Positions 10,837-24,124 of a DNA stretch of 64,000 nt are shown here, in pieces. Below the pieces are notes generated by a model that ran no database searches, was not told the DNA's origin, and saw nothing but the letters and a program-made list of their open reading frames with translations. Every line of letters starts with the position of its first letter. Positions within the stretch are counted from its first letter, which is position 1. A program made the translations under genes and the position numbers. Source of the DNA: an uncultured Gammaproteobacteria bacterium (GTDB lineage Bacteria; Patescibacteriota; Microgenomatia; UBA10105; UBA927); NCBI GenBank assembly GCA_964349125.1, contig CAYGFH010000001.1, positions 5,408-69,407 of the forward strand, read 5' to 3'.

Positions 10837-11900
10837 TTTTTAAATAAAGAAAAAATCCACGCCGTATCAAACGGACCGGGATTGCCTTCAGGATGGAACT
10901 GCGTGCTCCACACTGTATGGTCTTTGCTGTATAGTCCTTCATTTGTACCATCATTGAGATTCACAAACCACTCCGCATACCCTTTGGGAATCGTGCTTCT
11001 CTCCACCGCATACCCATGATTCTGACTGGTCACATAGGCTCTCTCTGTCAACACATCCATGCACGGCTGATTTAATCCTCGGTGTCCGTACGGAAGCTTG
11101 TATGTATCCGCTCCGGACGCCAGTGCCACCAGCTGATGACCCAGACAAACGCCGATAAACGGTATATGGGAATTGATGACTGTTTTTATATTGCTTATCG
11201 TCACACCGCAATCTTTTGGATCACCCGGTCCGTTGGAGCAAAATACACCGTCAACCATCTTGAGATACCCTTCCGGATTCATATTCCACGGAATCCGGAT
11301 CAGCTCGTACCCTTCCGTCAGCAGTGCGCGCATGATGCCATGCTTTACGCCACAATCGATGAGGAGAATTTTTTTCCCTATCGGATGCTCGGGAACATAG
11401 TGCAGTACATCAGGACAGCTCACAAGAGAAACTAAATGTTCACGTGTCTGTTCTTTAAATACATATGTTTTTTCGCGCGTAATCACGCCTCTCATACAGC
11501 CCTTTTCGCGGATTGTTTGCGTTAACGCTCTGGTATCCACGTGGGCAATCCCGGGCACTTTTTGTTCATACAGCCAACTGGAAAGCGATTCGTTCATCTG
11601 ATAGTGGGAAGGAGTGTCGAGTCGCGATGATACAACCACGCCGCGAGTCCATACACTTTCAGATTCGAGGTTAGAGACGAGGTGCGCGTCCTGATACACC
11701 ATTTTGGGGACTCCGAAATTTCCGATGAGAGGATAGGTAAATACGAGGATTTGTCCGGCAAACGATGGGTCGGTCAGACTCTGGGGATATCCGGTCATAC
11801 CGGTGGAAAATACAACTTCTCCTTCGCCGGATCCGTCAAATCCGAACCCAACTCCCTCGATCGTATCGCCGTTTTCAAGATGTAAATAGGTTTTGGGCAT
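10833..11900 (-). CDS. carA: carbamoyl-phosphate synthase small (glutaminase) subunit
   Basis: 355 aa with CPSase small N-domain plus class I GATase (GVCLGHQL); ATGA overlap with carB. Confidence 0.9.
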   Translation of the reverse strand: MPKTYLHLENGDTIEGVGFGFDGSGEGEVVFSTGMTGYPQSLTDPSFAGQILVFTYPLIGNFGVPKMVYQDAHLVSNLESESVWTRGVVVSSRLDTPSHYQMNESLSSWLYEQKVPGIAHVDTRALTQTIREKGCMRGVITREKTYVFKEQTREHLVSLVSCPDVLHYVPEHPIGKKILLIDCGVKHGIMRALLTEGYELIRIPWNMNPEGYLKMVDGVFCSNGPGDPKDCGVTISNIKTVINSHIPFIGVCLGHQLVALASGADTYKLPYGHRGLNQPCMDVLTERAYVTSQNHGYAVERSTIPKGYAEWFVNLNDGTNEGLYSKDHTVWSTQFHPEGNPGPFDTAWIFSLFKK

Positions 11901-11975
11901 CCTGAATGTTTATTCTATGGATCAGACAAATCCCTGTCAAGGTGAGGAATCGATATGTTGTCAGACGGTATGCAA

Positions 11976-12491
11976 TTATTTTTTCTTTTTCTTCTTTGCC
12001 GGCCTTTTTGCCGTGACAACCGTTTTTTGTGGCGGAGCCTTGCCGACTTCCCGTTTGACCAGTGCGTAAAAAATATCACCCTTTGTCACCATACCGATCA
12101 CACGATCATCTTCATCCAATACAGGAAGTTGGTTAATACTTCGTACGATCATACGGGAAAGTGCTCGCATAATCGGAGTGTCTGCGCGTGTGTAGACAAC
12201 TCGCTTGCACATGAGGTCTTTGGCTCGTGTGTTTCCCAGCGCATGCACTTTTTGCTCCATGGCTTCAAAGTCATCCACTGAACCCAGGTCAGCAAAGTAT
12301 TCCTGATAGTCGGGGTACAGCAATTTCAATAAATCCTCTTTTGTCACGATTCCGAGCAACCCATTCTTTTTATCTACGACGGGGATGGCGTTCACATGTC
12401 GGGAAAATAATTTCTTCCACAATTCCCGGACGGTTGCCTCCGGCTGAATCGTAAGTACGCTTGTTGACATGATCTCTTGTATTTTCATCAT
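11976..12491 (-). CDS. CBS-pair domain protein with poly-lysine C-terminal tail
   Basis: 171 aa with two CBS motifs and a KKKKKK C-terminus. Confidence 0.7.
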   Translation of the reverse strand: MMKIQEIMSTSVLTIQPEATVRELWKKLFSRHVNAIPVVDKKNGLLGIVTKEDLLKLLYPDYQEYFADLGSVDDFEAMEQKVHALGNTRAKDLMCKRVVYTRADTPIMRALSRMIVRSINQLPVLDEDDRVIGMVTKGDIFYALVKREVGKAPPQKTVVTAKRPAKKKKKK

Positions 12492-12536
12492 CGGTAAGTC
12501 TACAAAGCAAACTCCCGATTGTCAACACGAGAAAAT

Positions 12537-12965
12537 TTAGTTAGGCAAAGTGGAATGGCGCTTGGATCTGCGCTGGAAGACCTTGAGTTCCAAAATGCTT
12601 CTGCGGAGCATTGCCTGTGCGTTGGAAAGTTCCTCACCCTTACCCGCCTGCTCAATTGCTTTCTTTGCATCTTCCGTAGCCTTCTTAAGCTCAGCTTCAT
12701 TCAGTTCATCCGCATGCACGGCACGCGAAACGAGAATTGACACTTTGCCTTCTGAAATCTCCATAAATCCGCCACCGATTGCAAGAAAAAATTCCTTGGA
12801 GCCGGATGTGATCTTGATCTCGCCTTCCTCCAATGAACAAAACAGCGGTTCATGATGGGCGAGCACTCCCAGAGTTCCCGTCGAGGATGGGACGGAGACG
12901 GCATCTACAGTCTCTGAGAATGCGCGTCGTTGCGGCGTGATGATCTCAAGTAAAAATGTGTTCAT
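12537..12965 (-). CDS. atpC: F0F1 ATP synthase epsilon subunit
   Basis: 142 aa with beta-sandwich plus helical hairpin pattern; operon position after atpD. Confidence 0.85.
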   Translation of the reverse strand: MNTFLLEIITPQRRAFSETVDAVSVPSSTGTLGVLAHHEPLFCSLEEGEIKITSGSKEFFLAIGGGFMEISEGKVSILVSRAVHADELNEAELKKATEDAKKAIEQAGKGEELSNAQAMLRRSILELKVFQRRSKRHSTLPN

Positions 12966-12999
12966 ATCGCTATTCGCTAATCGCTAATCGCTAATCGCT
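12966..12999. repeat. tandem heptanucleotide microsatellite (TCGCTAA/AGCGATT, about 4.5 units) immediately upstream of the atpC start codon
   Basis: Direct reading of atcgctattcgctaatcgctaatcgctaatcgct. Confidence 0.8.
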
Positions 13000-13049
13000 T
13001 GAAATATTTGCATCTCGGTTAACGATTAACGGTTTACGGTTCACGAAAT

Positions 13050-15346
<2,297 letters not shown>

Positions 15347-15359
15347 AATTGCCTTTAGA

Positions 15360-16871
15360 TTATGCTGTGAATCCTTTTTTGAAGTCAGAAACTGCAGCTT
15401 TCAGTTGTGTTTCCACTTCCGGTGTGACTGCTTTTTCTTTTGCGATAAGCGGCAAGACTTTCTTATGTGTCCGCTCAAGGAAGGTCAAAAATTCCTTTTC
15501 AAACTTTGAGACTGAGGCCACAGGCACATCATCCATATAGCCGTTTGATGCCGCCCAGATGCTTGCAACCTGTTTCTCGACACTCATAGGCATGTAGCGA
15601 CCCTGTTTCAACAGTTCCATCATACGAGCACCACGGTCAATCTGTTTTTTGGTCACATCATCCACGTCTGTGGAAAACTGCGCAAATGCCGCGAGTGATC
15701 GGTACTGTGCCAAATCGAGCTTCAAACTTCCGGCGACTTTCTTCATAGCCTTGATTTGTGCTGCTCCTCCGACACGGGATACAGATACTCCGACGTTGAT
15801 AGCCGGCCTCTGGCCTGCGTTAAACAGATCTGATTCCAGAAACAACTGTCCATCCGTGATGGAAATGACGTTTGTCGGAATGTATGCTGAGATATCGTTC
15901 GCCTGTGTTTCGATGATTGGGAGGGCTGTAATAGACCCGCCACCGTGTTTGTCGTCCAGCCGGCACGCGCGTTCAAGAAGCCGGCTGTGCAGGTAGAAGA
16001 CATCTCCCGGATATGCCTCGCGGCCACTCGGGCGCTTGAGGACGAGGGATATCTGCCTATAACTCCATGCATGCTTGGTCAAATCATCGTAGACGATAAG
16101 TACATCTTTTCCTTTGTCCATAAAGTACTCGGCAAGTGCGGTACCTGCGTATGGAGCGATGTACTGGTACGCTGCGGAGTCACTGGCTGCGGCAGCAACG
16201 ATAATGGTGTGCGCGAGCGCTTTGTGCTCAGCAAGCTCTGCTGCCAGTTGTACGATACGGGACTTTTTCTGCCCGATGGCAACATAGATACAGATAACAT
16301 TTTCGTGCTTTTGGTTGATGATGGTATCAACGACAACGGAGGTCTTTCCTGTGTTTCGGTCTCCGATGATAAGTTCGCGTTGTCCGCGACCAACTGGGAT
16401 CATAGCGTCGATAGCTTTGATACCGGTCTGAAGCGGTACAGTGACTGGTTGTCTTGATACGACACCCGGAGCGATTTTTTCCACAGGATACTGTTTTTTC
16501 GATGGGATAGCACCTTTTCCGTCAATCGGCTCGCCGATCGGGTTTACCACACGTCCCAAGAACGCATCATCAACAGGCATAGACAGAAGCTCGCCTGTTC
16601 CTTTTACTTCGTCACCCTGCTTCAGTTTCAGATAGTCACCCAGTACGATCGCACCTATGGAGTCTTCTTCCAAATTGATGGCAAAGCCGTAAATACCGTG
16701 GGGGAATTCCAGACGTTCCAGATAGGCGACTTCAGGAAGTCCGCTCACTTTTGCGACACCGTCCTGTATGGAGGTGATAACACCGACACGCTTGGACTGC
16801 ATGTTCGGCTCAAAACTCTCAATCTTTTTTGCTAATTTTTTTGCGAGTAAACTGGTGACATCTGTTTTCAT
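15360..16871 (-). CDS. atpA: F0F1 ATP synthase alpha subunit
   Basis: 503 aa with Walker A GDRNTGKT. Confidence 0.95.
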   Translation of the reverse strand: MKTDVTSLLAKKLAKKIESFEPNMQSKRVGVITSIQDGVAKVSGLPEVAYLERLEFPHGIYGFAINLEEDSIGAIVLGDYLKLKQGDEVKGTGELLSMPVDDAFLGRVVNPIGEPIDGKGAIPSKKQYPVEKIAPGVVSRQPVTVPLQTGIKAIDAMIPVGRGQRELIIGDRNTGKTSVVVDTIINQKHENVICIYVAIGQKKSRIVQLAAELAEHKALAHTIIVAAAASDSAAYQYIAPYAGTALAEYFMDKGKDVLIVYDDLTKHAWSYRQISLVLKRPSGREAYPGDVFYLHSRLLERACRLDDKHGGGSITALPIIETQANDISAYIPTNVISITDGQLFLESDLFNAGQRPAINVGVSVSRVGGAAQIKAMKKVAGSLKLDLAQYRSLAAFAQFSTDVDDVTKKQIDRGARMMELLKQGRYMPMSVEKQVASIWAASNGYMDDVPVASVSKFEKEFLTFLERTHKKVLPLIAKEKAVTPEVETQLKAAVSDFKKGFTA

Positions 16872-16873
16872 AA

Positions 16874-17230
16874 TTATTGTTGTAATTGTGTTGCCATTTC
16901 TTCAAGTTGGCTCTTGAGGGATGTATCGACAATCCAATCCCCTACTTGTATTCGTAGCCCCGCGATGAGTGCACCGTTTACGGTGATCTCAAGTTCCACA
17001 TCATGTCCCATGATCTTTGATAAGACAGATGCGAGTGATTTTTTCTCTGTTTCCGAAAGTGCAACGGCTGTAGTCACACGTGCCATTTTCTCCTCACGTG
17101 TTTGTGCGGTAACTTTTCCCAAAAACGCGGCAACTTTTGGCACAGACGATTTGGATTTGCCGTCACGGCGCATATACTCTACGACGCCGTCTATCAGTCC
17201 TCGCGCATCTTTAGACAGTGATTGTTTCAT
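16874..17230 (-). CDS. atpH: F0F1 ATP synthase delta (OSCP) subunit, truncated form of 118 aa
   Basis: Operon position between atpF and atpA; OSCP C-terminal-like sequence; N-terminal domain apparently absent. Confidence 0.6.
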   Translation of the reverse strand: MKQSLSKDARGLIDGVVEYMRRDGKSKSSVPKVAAFLGKVTAQTREEKMARVTTAVALSETEKKSLASVLSKIMGHDVELEITVNGALIAGLRIQVGDWIVDTSLKSQLEEMATQLQQ

Positions 17231-17231
17231 A

Positions 17232-17729
17232 TTATGCCTTCACTGACTCCAGTTCTTTTATATGCTTAGCAATGAGTTTGTGCTTGTCATCTGCAGACAA
17301 CACGCCGGTTAACAGGCGCTCTGAGATAGATACAGCCAAATCGATGGCACTTTTCTCTACACTCTTTTCCATTTCCACCCGTGCGGCTTCGGCATCTGCT
17401 CTTCCTTTGGCAATAATCACTTCAGCGTCTTTATGTGCCTGTGCGATTATTTCCTTTTCTTCTTCTTTTGCCTGTTTCCGGGCTTCCTCGATAATGTCAG
17501 ACGCTTCCTTTCGTGTGACTTCGAGCATTTTCTGCTTTTTTGCTGCGACTTTCTCTTCCTCGGACTTCATATCCTCGGTGAGTTTGAGTCCTGCGGCAAT
17601 TTCTTTTTTGCGCTTCTCGAGCATGTCGAGAATCGGTTTATACAAAAACTTGGACAGTACAAATACGATGATTGCAAAATTTACAATCTGGGCAAGTAAC
17701 AGTCTTGGTTCAATTCCTAATTTTTCCAT
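17232..17729 (-). CDS. atpF: F0F1 ATP synthase subunit b
   Basis: 165 aa with N-terminal TM helix followed by a long charged coiled coil. Confidence 0.75.
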   Translation of the reverse strand: MEKLGIEPRLLLAQIVNFAIIVFVLSKFLYKPILDMLEKRKKEIAAGLKLTEDMKSEEEKVAAKKQKMLEVTRKEASDIIEEARKQAKEEEKEIIAQAHKDAEVIIAKGRADAEAARVEMEKSVEKSAIDLAVSISERLLTGVLSADDKHKLIAKHIKELESVKA

Positions 17730-17832
17730 ACAATTTTCCTTTCATTAATGATCTGGCAGAACAATGCCATTCTGCTCCCCCGCCGTAGCGGTGGGGAAGG
17801 AGAATATCACTGGACTCTTCACAAACAGTTCG

Positions 17833-18114
<282 letters not shown>

Positions 18115-18149
18115 CTATACATTGTATGTTTCTGACACTCTTGTTCGGA

Positions 18150-19079
18150 TCATCCGTGCGCCTCTTCCCCATGTGACACCGCAACATTCAGAAATACTGC
18201 AGTGAGCATAGAGAACACAAGCGCCTGGATAAATCCGACAAACAATTCCATAAGCAAAAACGGCAACGGGATAACAAATGGCATCAAAAATGCCAAAACT
18301 GCCAGAAGTACCTCTCCGGCGAAGATGTTTCCAAACAAACGGAAGGCAAAAGAGATAATCTTTGAGATTTCACTCATAAGCTCAAGAATACCGAGTACGA
18401 ACATAATCGGGTCACTGAAGTTGAAAAACTTCGTGCTGTAGTGGAATCCCAATATAGAAAATCCGAAATACTGGATGGCAAAGACAGCAAATATAGCCAG
18501 TCCGACCGTCATATTTAAGTCAGCAGTTGCGGCGCGAAGGAGAGGAACAAATTTTGGTCCTGAGTGCTCTGCAGACTCTTCTCCTGCAGCCGCTGCATGC
18601 TCTTCTGCCACAGCAGGAGCTTCCGGTTCTTCGTGTGTAGATTCAACAACAGGATTACCATGAGAATCTACAACCGGTACGTCATGTCCATCCGCCGGTC
18701 GCGTGGCTACATCAGCGGCTTTTTGCTCCGTGACAACTTCAGTCGTGTGCTCGGCCTCTTCAGTAAAACCGATTGTTCCGACCCCAGGCAAAAGTCCGAT
18801 CCAGTTGGCCATAATGACAAATAGGAAGATACTGGCAACTACAGGGAAAAACTTTTTGATGTGGTGACCAGTGACGGAACCGAAAAAATCATATAAACCG
18901 CCCACGAGCAGTTCAGCTATGGACTGGATGTTGCTTGGAACCTTTTTCATATTGCGGGTTGCAAAAAATGTAAAGATAAACAGGACGGCCATGGTCAGCC
19001 ATGTAGCCAGAAGAGAATTTGTGATAGGAAACCCGAAAAAATGCCCAATTACTTCAGCGGCCAAGGATATATGTAACAT
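18150..19079 (-). CDS. atpB: F0F1 ATP synthase subunit a, with about 70-aa acidic/His-rich insertion
   Basis: True start [21 protein letters not shown] at 19079; the ORF-track upstream extension overlaps atpI and is discarded. Conserved C-terminal helices with the [10 protein letters not shown] arginine motif. Confidence 0.85.
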   Translation of the reverse strand: MLHISLAAEVIGHFFGFPITNSLLATWLTMAVLFIFTFFATRNMKKVPSNIQSIAELLVGGLYDFFGSVTGHHIKKFFPVVASIFLFVIMANWIGLLPGVGTIGFTEEAEHTTEVVTEQKAADVATRPADGHDVPVVDSHGNPVVESTHEEPEAPAVAEEHAAAAGEESAEHSGPKFVPLLRAATADLNMTVGLAIFAVFAIQYFGFSILGFHYSTKFFNFSDPIMFVLGILELMSEISKIISFAFRLFGNIFAGEVLLAVLAFLMPFVIPLPFLLMELFVGFIQALVFSMLTAVFLNVAVSHGEEAHG

Positions 19080-19090
19080 AAAAAAAATAA

Positions 19091-19423
19091 TTACTGTTTT
19101 CGTTTTATCAGATCTCTTACGATTCTGATAAATCCGACTATTGATACAAGTACTCCAAACAAAAGCAAAGAGAGGGTCAGTTTCGGATATGTGGAGAATC
19201 GTTGATCCAGCCACATTCCTGCGAAAGCCCCTCCTGCGATTGGTGCTGCTATCGTGAAACCAAAATCGCCGGCGAATCCTACGTAATACCAGATACTGGA
19301 TCCTGCTGGCTTTTTCTCTTCCCGTTTACGGATAACAGTCTCTCCACCTTCTTCAAAGTGGAGGGTAAATTGATCAAATTCGTCTCGTGTATGATACCGT
19401 TTCTGATATTTTACCTGTTTCAT
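19091..19423 (-). CDS. AtpZ/AtpI-like small membrane protein encoded upstream of the ATP synthase operon
   Basis: Two predicted TM helices (YYVGFAGDFGFTIAAPIAGGAFAGMWLD); position immediately 5' of atpB; start placed at internal MKQVKYQ. Confidence 0.5.
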   Translation of the reverse strand: MKQVKYQKRYHTRDEFDQFTLHFEEGGETVIRKREEKKPAGSSIWYYVGFAGDFGFTIAAPIAGGAFAGMWLDQRFSTYPKLTLSLLLFGVLVSIVGFIRIVRDLIKRKQ

Positions 19424-19482
19424 TGTAGGAAACTGACAACACTTCGTCAATATGTATCCATGATGTATCAGTTGGCTCACAA

Positions 19483-22400
19483 TCAGGCTGTGATCCGCCG
19501 TACATCATCAGCAAGCAGTGTCATCCGTTCGTCTTTCTCGTCTATCTTACCACTTACGGATACTACTGTATCCAGCACCCAGTATTCCACTGTCTTTGCG
19601 TACGTCTTTGGGAATACCACTATTTCCACGGTACCGGTAATATCTTCCAACTTCACAAATGCCATTTCCTGATTACTGGCCTTCGTGGTGATCTTCTTCA
19701 CCGCCGTAATTATACCACCTATTGTCACACGCTCTCCTACCCGAGTGGGAAGTACCTCAGAGATATTGGTAAATGACATAGTGGCAAGCTTCGCTCTGTA
19801 GGGTTCAAGAGGATGCATAGTGAGATAAAATCCAAGCAATTCCTTTTCAAACAGGAGAAGCTCTGATTGTTGAAATTCCTGCACATCCGGGAGTACATCA
19901 ACCGCTCCGACAGATTCCTCTGTTCCAAATAATCCGACCTGTCCAGATGCCATTTCTTTTTTCAGTTTATGTGCGGAATCAATGAGCGTAGGGAGTAGGG
20001 ACAGAAGCGCCGCTTTGGAACCGAATGCACTCATACTTCCTGTTTTGATGAGACTTTCCAGTACCTTTTTGTTTACTTTTGATCCGTCTATCCGGTGTAC
20101 CAAATCCGTGAGACTTACAAATCTGCCGTCATTACGCGCCCTGATAATGCTTTCTATCGCGGCCTCCCCTACATTTTTTACTGCGGACAGGCCAAAGCGG
20201 ATTTTCCCACCCTCGATGCTGAACTCCACTTCTGACGCATTTATGTCAGGAGGCAGGAGTTCAATATTCGTCCGTCTGCACTCGGCGACGATTGTCGACA
20301 TTTTTTCATCACGTGCAGGACCTGTATTTGCACGTGACTCTGCGGCAAGTACAGCACACATGTACTCGACAGGATAGTTAGCCTTGAGGTAGGCAGTCTG
20401 GTACGCGATCATAGCGTAGCAGGCGGCATGTGCCTTGTTAAATCCGTACCCTGCAAACGGTTCTATTAGAGTAAATATCTCTTCCGCTTTTGTCTTTGTC
20501 ATCCCGTTTTTGATACAGCCTTCTGTGAATTTTTCTTTTTGCTTTTTCATTTCCGAGGCGATTTTTTTACCAACGGCTTTTCGCAGCTTATCCGCATCGC
20601 CCCATGAATATCCGGCAAGAGTGATGGCAGTCAGAAGCACGTCGTCCTGATACGCGATAATGCCGTAGGATTGTTTGAGCACATCCTTAAGCCGCGGATC
20701 CGGGTAGGTAATAAGGGACGGATCTTTTTTGCGCGCGATAAACTCGGGGATGACGAGCATAGGTCCGGGACGGTAGAGGGCAACCATAGCCATAAGATCA
20801 AAAATATTGGTGGGTCCCAGTTCCTTGATATACCGTCTCATGCCGGCTGACTCAAGCTGAAACACACCCGTGGTCTCGCCGATTGAGAGCATATCGTAGG
20901 TCTTTTTATCTTCGAGGGAAATGGTCGCGAGGTCAACGACCTCTCCTGTCACCTGTTTAATAAATTTGAGTGCCTGCGTCATGATCGTTAAGTTCCGCAG
21001 TCCCAAAAAGTCCATTTTCAAAAGCCCCACACCATCCTCACCGACCGTGTACATATCGTATTGGGTGACAATGCGGTCGCCTTTGCTTTCCCTCTGAAGC
21101 GGGGTGTACTCCACAATCGGTTTGTCAGCTATAACCACCCCCGCTGCATGTACAGAAGAGTGTCTGGCAACCCCTTCCAATTTTGTGGCCACATCCAGTA
21201 ACCGTTTCGTATCGGGTTCACTCTTGTAGGCAAGTGCGAGCTCTGATGATTGTTGCAGAGCCTTTTCTATCGTCATGGATGCACCCTGAAACCCAAGTGG
21301 AATCATTTTGGAAATACGGTCAGGCTGTGCGTATGGCATACCGAGCGCTCGCCCCGCGTCACGCACCGCACCCTTTGCCTCCATGGTGCCAAATGTGATG
21401 ATTTGTGCCACTTTATCTTCCCCATACTTCTGGGTCACATAGGCAATGACATCCTCACGCCTGTCATCGGCAAAATCCAGATCGATATCAGGAGGGGACG
21501 GACGGAACGGATTCAAAAACCGCTCAAACGGCAACCGAAAATATAGCGGGTCAATGCCCGTGATATTGAGTATGAATCCGATGATAGATCCGGCAGCACT
21601 GCCGCGGCCGGGGCCTACACCGATCCCGTTTTGCTTGGCCCAGTTAACGAAATCCTGCACGATTAGGAAGTACGTGGAGTAGCCTTTGGTATTTATGATA
21701 TCCAGTTCGTAGTCGATGCGCTCTTTCACTTCATCGGTAATTTCCTTGTATTTACCGGGAGCCCGTTCCATCACCATTTTGCGTAAATATGAAGCTGGTG
21801 TCTCCCCTTCCTCAAGCGGGTAGTTCGGGAGAATCCATTTACCCACGGACAGCGTGATGTCACACATGGAGGCTATTTTCACCGTGTTTTCAATTGCCTC
21901 GGGGTACTGGATAAAGAGATCCTTCATTTCGTCCGGAGAACGCATGTAGAAATCGGGTGACTCTAGCATAGAGAGCTTTCTATCTTTCTGGAGTATGGTG
22001 GTCTGGGTCTGGACACAGAGCAAAATCTCCTGTGCCTCGGCATCCCCTGCATCGACATAGTGGATGTCGTTGGTAGCCACCAAGGGTAATCCCAAACGGC
22101 GGGACAGCGCGACCAGTTTTTCGTTAACCTCTTCTATAATAGGTATACTTGCGTGTTTTTGGATTTCTATATAGTAGTGGTCAGGACCAAACAGTTCGCT
22201 ATATTCACGGGCTACTCGTTCTGCCTCCTTGTCTTCGCCTTTCCGGAGGAGACTCGCAACCTGTCCCTGTATACAGGCACTGGTACAGATAATCCCTTCG
22301 TGATATTTCTTGAGTAGCTCAAAATCGATACGGGGCTTATAATAGAATCCCTCCAAATGCGCGATAGTGACGAGCTTCATCAGATTTTTATAGCCGGTTT

Positions 22401-22689
22401 CGTTTTTCGCCAGAAGAACGAGGTGGTACGGATCGGTATCGAGCTTCTGTTCCTTGTCCAGGTGGGTACGGCGGGCTACATATGTTTCCACACCGAGGAT
22501 CGGTTTAATTCCTGCAGCTTTGGCTTTCAGGTAAAACTTAAAACTCCCATACATGGTGCCATGATCCGTGAGGGCAAGCGCATCCATACCGAAGGATTTC
22601 GCGCGTTCAATCAGGAGATCCAATTTCCCAAGTCCGTCCAGGAGTGAAAATTCGCTATGGGTATGAAGGTGTACAAAATCTGCAGCCAT
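19483..22689 (-). CDS. dnaE: DNA polymerase III alpha subunit
   Basis: 1068 aa with PHP domain N-terminus MAADFVHLHTHSEFSLLDG, polymerase core and OB fold. Confidence 0.95.
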   Translation of the reverse strand: MAADFVHLHTHSEFSLLDGLGKLDLLIERAKSFGMDALALTDHGTMYGSFKFYLKAKAAGIKPILGVETYVARRTHLDKEQKLDTDPYHLVLLAKNETGYKNLMKLVTIAHLEGFYYKPRIDFELLKKYHEGIICTSACIQGQVASLLRKGEDKEAERVAREYSELFGPDHYYIEIQKHASIPIIEEVNEKLVALSRRLGLPLVATNDIHYVDAGDAEAQEILLCVQTQTTILQKDRKLSMLESPDFYMRSPDEMKDLFIQYPEAIENTVKIASMCDITLSVGKWILPNYPLEEGETPASYLRKMVMERAPGKYKEITDEVKERIDYELDIINTKGYSTYFLIVQDFVNWAKQNGIGVGPGRGSAAGSIIGFILNITGIDPLYFRLPFERFLNPFRPSPPDIDLDFADDRREDVIAYVTQKYGEDKVAQIITFGTMEAKGAVRDAGRALGMPYAQPDRISKMIPLGFQGASMTIEKALQQSSELALAYKSEPDTKRLLDVATKLEGVARHSSVHAAGVVIADKPIVEYTPLQRESKGDRIVTQYDMYTVGEDGVGLLKMDFLGLRNLTIMTQALKFIKQVTGEVVDLATISLEDKKTYDMLSIGETTGVFQLESAGMRRYIKELGPTNIFDLMAMVALYRPGPMLVIPEFIARKKDPSLITYPDPRLKDVLKQSYGIIAYQDDVLLTAITLAGYSWGDADKLRKAVGKKIASEMKKQKEKFTEGCIKNGMTKTKAEEIFTLIEPFAGYGFNKAHAACYAMIAYQTAYLKANYPVEYMCAVLAAESRANTGPARDEKMSTIVAECRRTNIELLPPDINASEVEFSIEGGKIRFGLSAVKNVGEAAIESIIRARNDGRFVSLTDLVHRIDGSKVNKKVLESLIKTGSMSAFGSKAALLSLLPTLIDSAHKLKKEMASGQVGLFGTEESVGAVDVLPDVQEFQQSELLLFEKELLGFYLTMHPLEPYRAKLATMSFTNISEVLPTRVGERVTIGGIITAVKKITTKASNQEMAFVKLEDITGTVEIVVFPKTYAKTVEYWVLDTVVSVSGKIDEKDERMTLLADDVRRITA

Positions 22690-22777
22690 TTTAGGTCTTC
22701 CAGTTCATCGGACAAGCCGGTGATGGATGTACGTAGAGTAGCGAAAAGCTATTGAAGATGCAAGTGAATAATTAGGA

Positions 22778-24124
22778 TTATGATACCAGTTGCTTCTGAA
22801 GCACTTCCATCACCTTCCCCTTATCCCCTTTACCTTTAAGTTCCTTGAGCACCATGCCAAAGAGGAACATTTTCACCTGCTCTTTGCCGGATTTGAAATC
22901 CGTAACGGCTTTGGGATTGGCTGTGAGCACCGTGTGTACTGCCGATTCGATATCCTTTTCCGGCACATCCTCTACGGTTGTGACCTTCACAATCTGCTCC
23001 ACCAGTTTTTTGGGCGGGAGTGAGCCGTCGGTTTTTTTGTTGATTATCCAGTTTGCGATGGTTTTTGCAGGAACGGTTTTCCCGGCCTCTTTCACACAGT
23101 TTTCAAAGTAAGATGCCACCGCAACCTCATCGGTCAGTTGTCCGGCATCATAATCAGTCAACACGAAGTCTTTGACAAACCGTTTTTTTTTCGCATCCGG
23201 CAACTCCGGCAATTGCGCGGCTAGAGAATCGATATATGACTGCTCCCATACGATGGGTGGGATATCAGGATCTGGGAAATAGCGATAATCAGCAGCTTCT
23301 TCTTTACTGCGCTGGGCAAATGTTATTGCTTTGTCTTCATTCCATCCGCGCGTTTCCTGTGGTGGCTTTTCTCCATTTTCCAAAAACGGGATATGGCGCG
23401 AAGTTTCAAACTCAATTGCTTTTTTTACAAACGCAAATGAATTTATATTTTTGACTTCTACTTTATAGGCGGGCAAATGCGTCTCTCCTACTTTTCGCAC
23501 GGAAATATTCGGTTCCAAGCGCATTGAGCCCTTTTCCATATCCGCATCCGAAATATCCAAATAACGGATAATTTGATGGAGCTTTTTCAAAAATATGCGC
23601 GCATGTTCACCTGAATGGATATCCGCTTCTGTAACTATTTCCATCAGAGGCACTCCGCCACGGTTAAAATCAACAAGTGTCACTTTTTTCCCATCCACAG
23701 TTTTATGCTGATTCCTCCCGGTATCCTCTTCAAGATGGACTCTATGGATGCGTACATCACCCATCGATGTAAGCACTCGTCCATTCAGACACAATGGTTG
23801 GTCATATTGGGAAATTTGATACCCTTTCGGTAAATCTGGATAAAAGTAGTGCTTGCGATCAAATTTTGAAAACAGCGGGATGTCACAGCCAAGTGCAAGA
23901 CCAAACTTTATCGTGAATTCTATGGCTTTTTTATTTGGGACCGGAAGCCCCCCCGGCATGGCAAGGCATGTGGGACAGGTATAGATATTCGGTTTCGGCG
24001 CGTGAAATGGATCGTTTTTGCACCCGCAAAACATCTTCGATGCGGTTTTAAGCTCGACATGTATTTCCATCCCTACTACCGGTTCGTATGCTGTATTCAT
24101 ACTTATTGTGTCCACTGATTCCAC
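22778..24124 (-). CDS. gatB: Asp-tRNA(Asn)/Glu-tRNA(Gln) amidotransferase subunit B
   Basis: 448 aa; GatB N-terminus with Cys cluster CGCKNDPF...CPTC. Confidence 0.9.
   Translation of the reverse strand: MESVDTISMNTAYEPVVGMEIHVELKTASKMFCGCKNDPFHAPKPNIYTCPTCLAMPGGLPVPNKKAIEFTIKFGLALGCDIPLFSKFDRKHYFYPDLPKGYQISQYDQPLCLNGRVLTSMGDVRIHRVHLEEDTGRNQHKTVDGKKVTLVDFNRGGVPLMEIVTEADIHSGEHARIFLKKLHQIIRYLDISDADMEKGSMRLEPNISVRKVGETHLPAYKVEVKNINSFAFVKKAIEFETSRHIPFLENGEKPPQETRGWNEDKAITFAQRSKEEAADYRYFPDPDIPPIVWEQSYIDSLAAQLPELPDAKKKRFVKDFVLTDYDAGQLTDEVAVASYFENCVKEAGKTVPAKTIANWIINKKTDGSLPPKKLVEQIVKVTTVEDVPEKDIESAVHTVLTANPKAVTDFKSGKEQVKMFLFGMVLKELKGKGDKGKVMEVLQKQLVS

Noticed and set aside
12966-12999. Possible CRISPR array or iterons at the atpD-atpC spacer
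   Set aside because: Units are 7 bp in direct tandem with no spacers, so this is a microsatellite and not a CRISPR. No cas genes occur in the window.
19080-19214. Upstream extension of atpB (MAGSTILHISETD...) overlapping the atpI-like gene
   Set aside because: The canonical a-subunit N-terminus MLHISLAAE starts at 19079. The extension overlaps the upstream gene in another frame.
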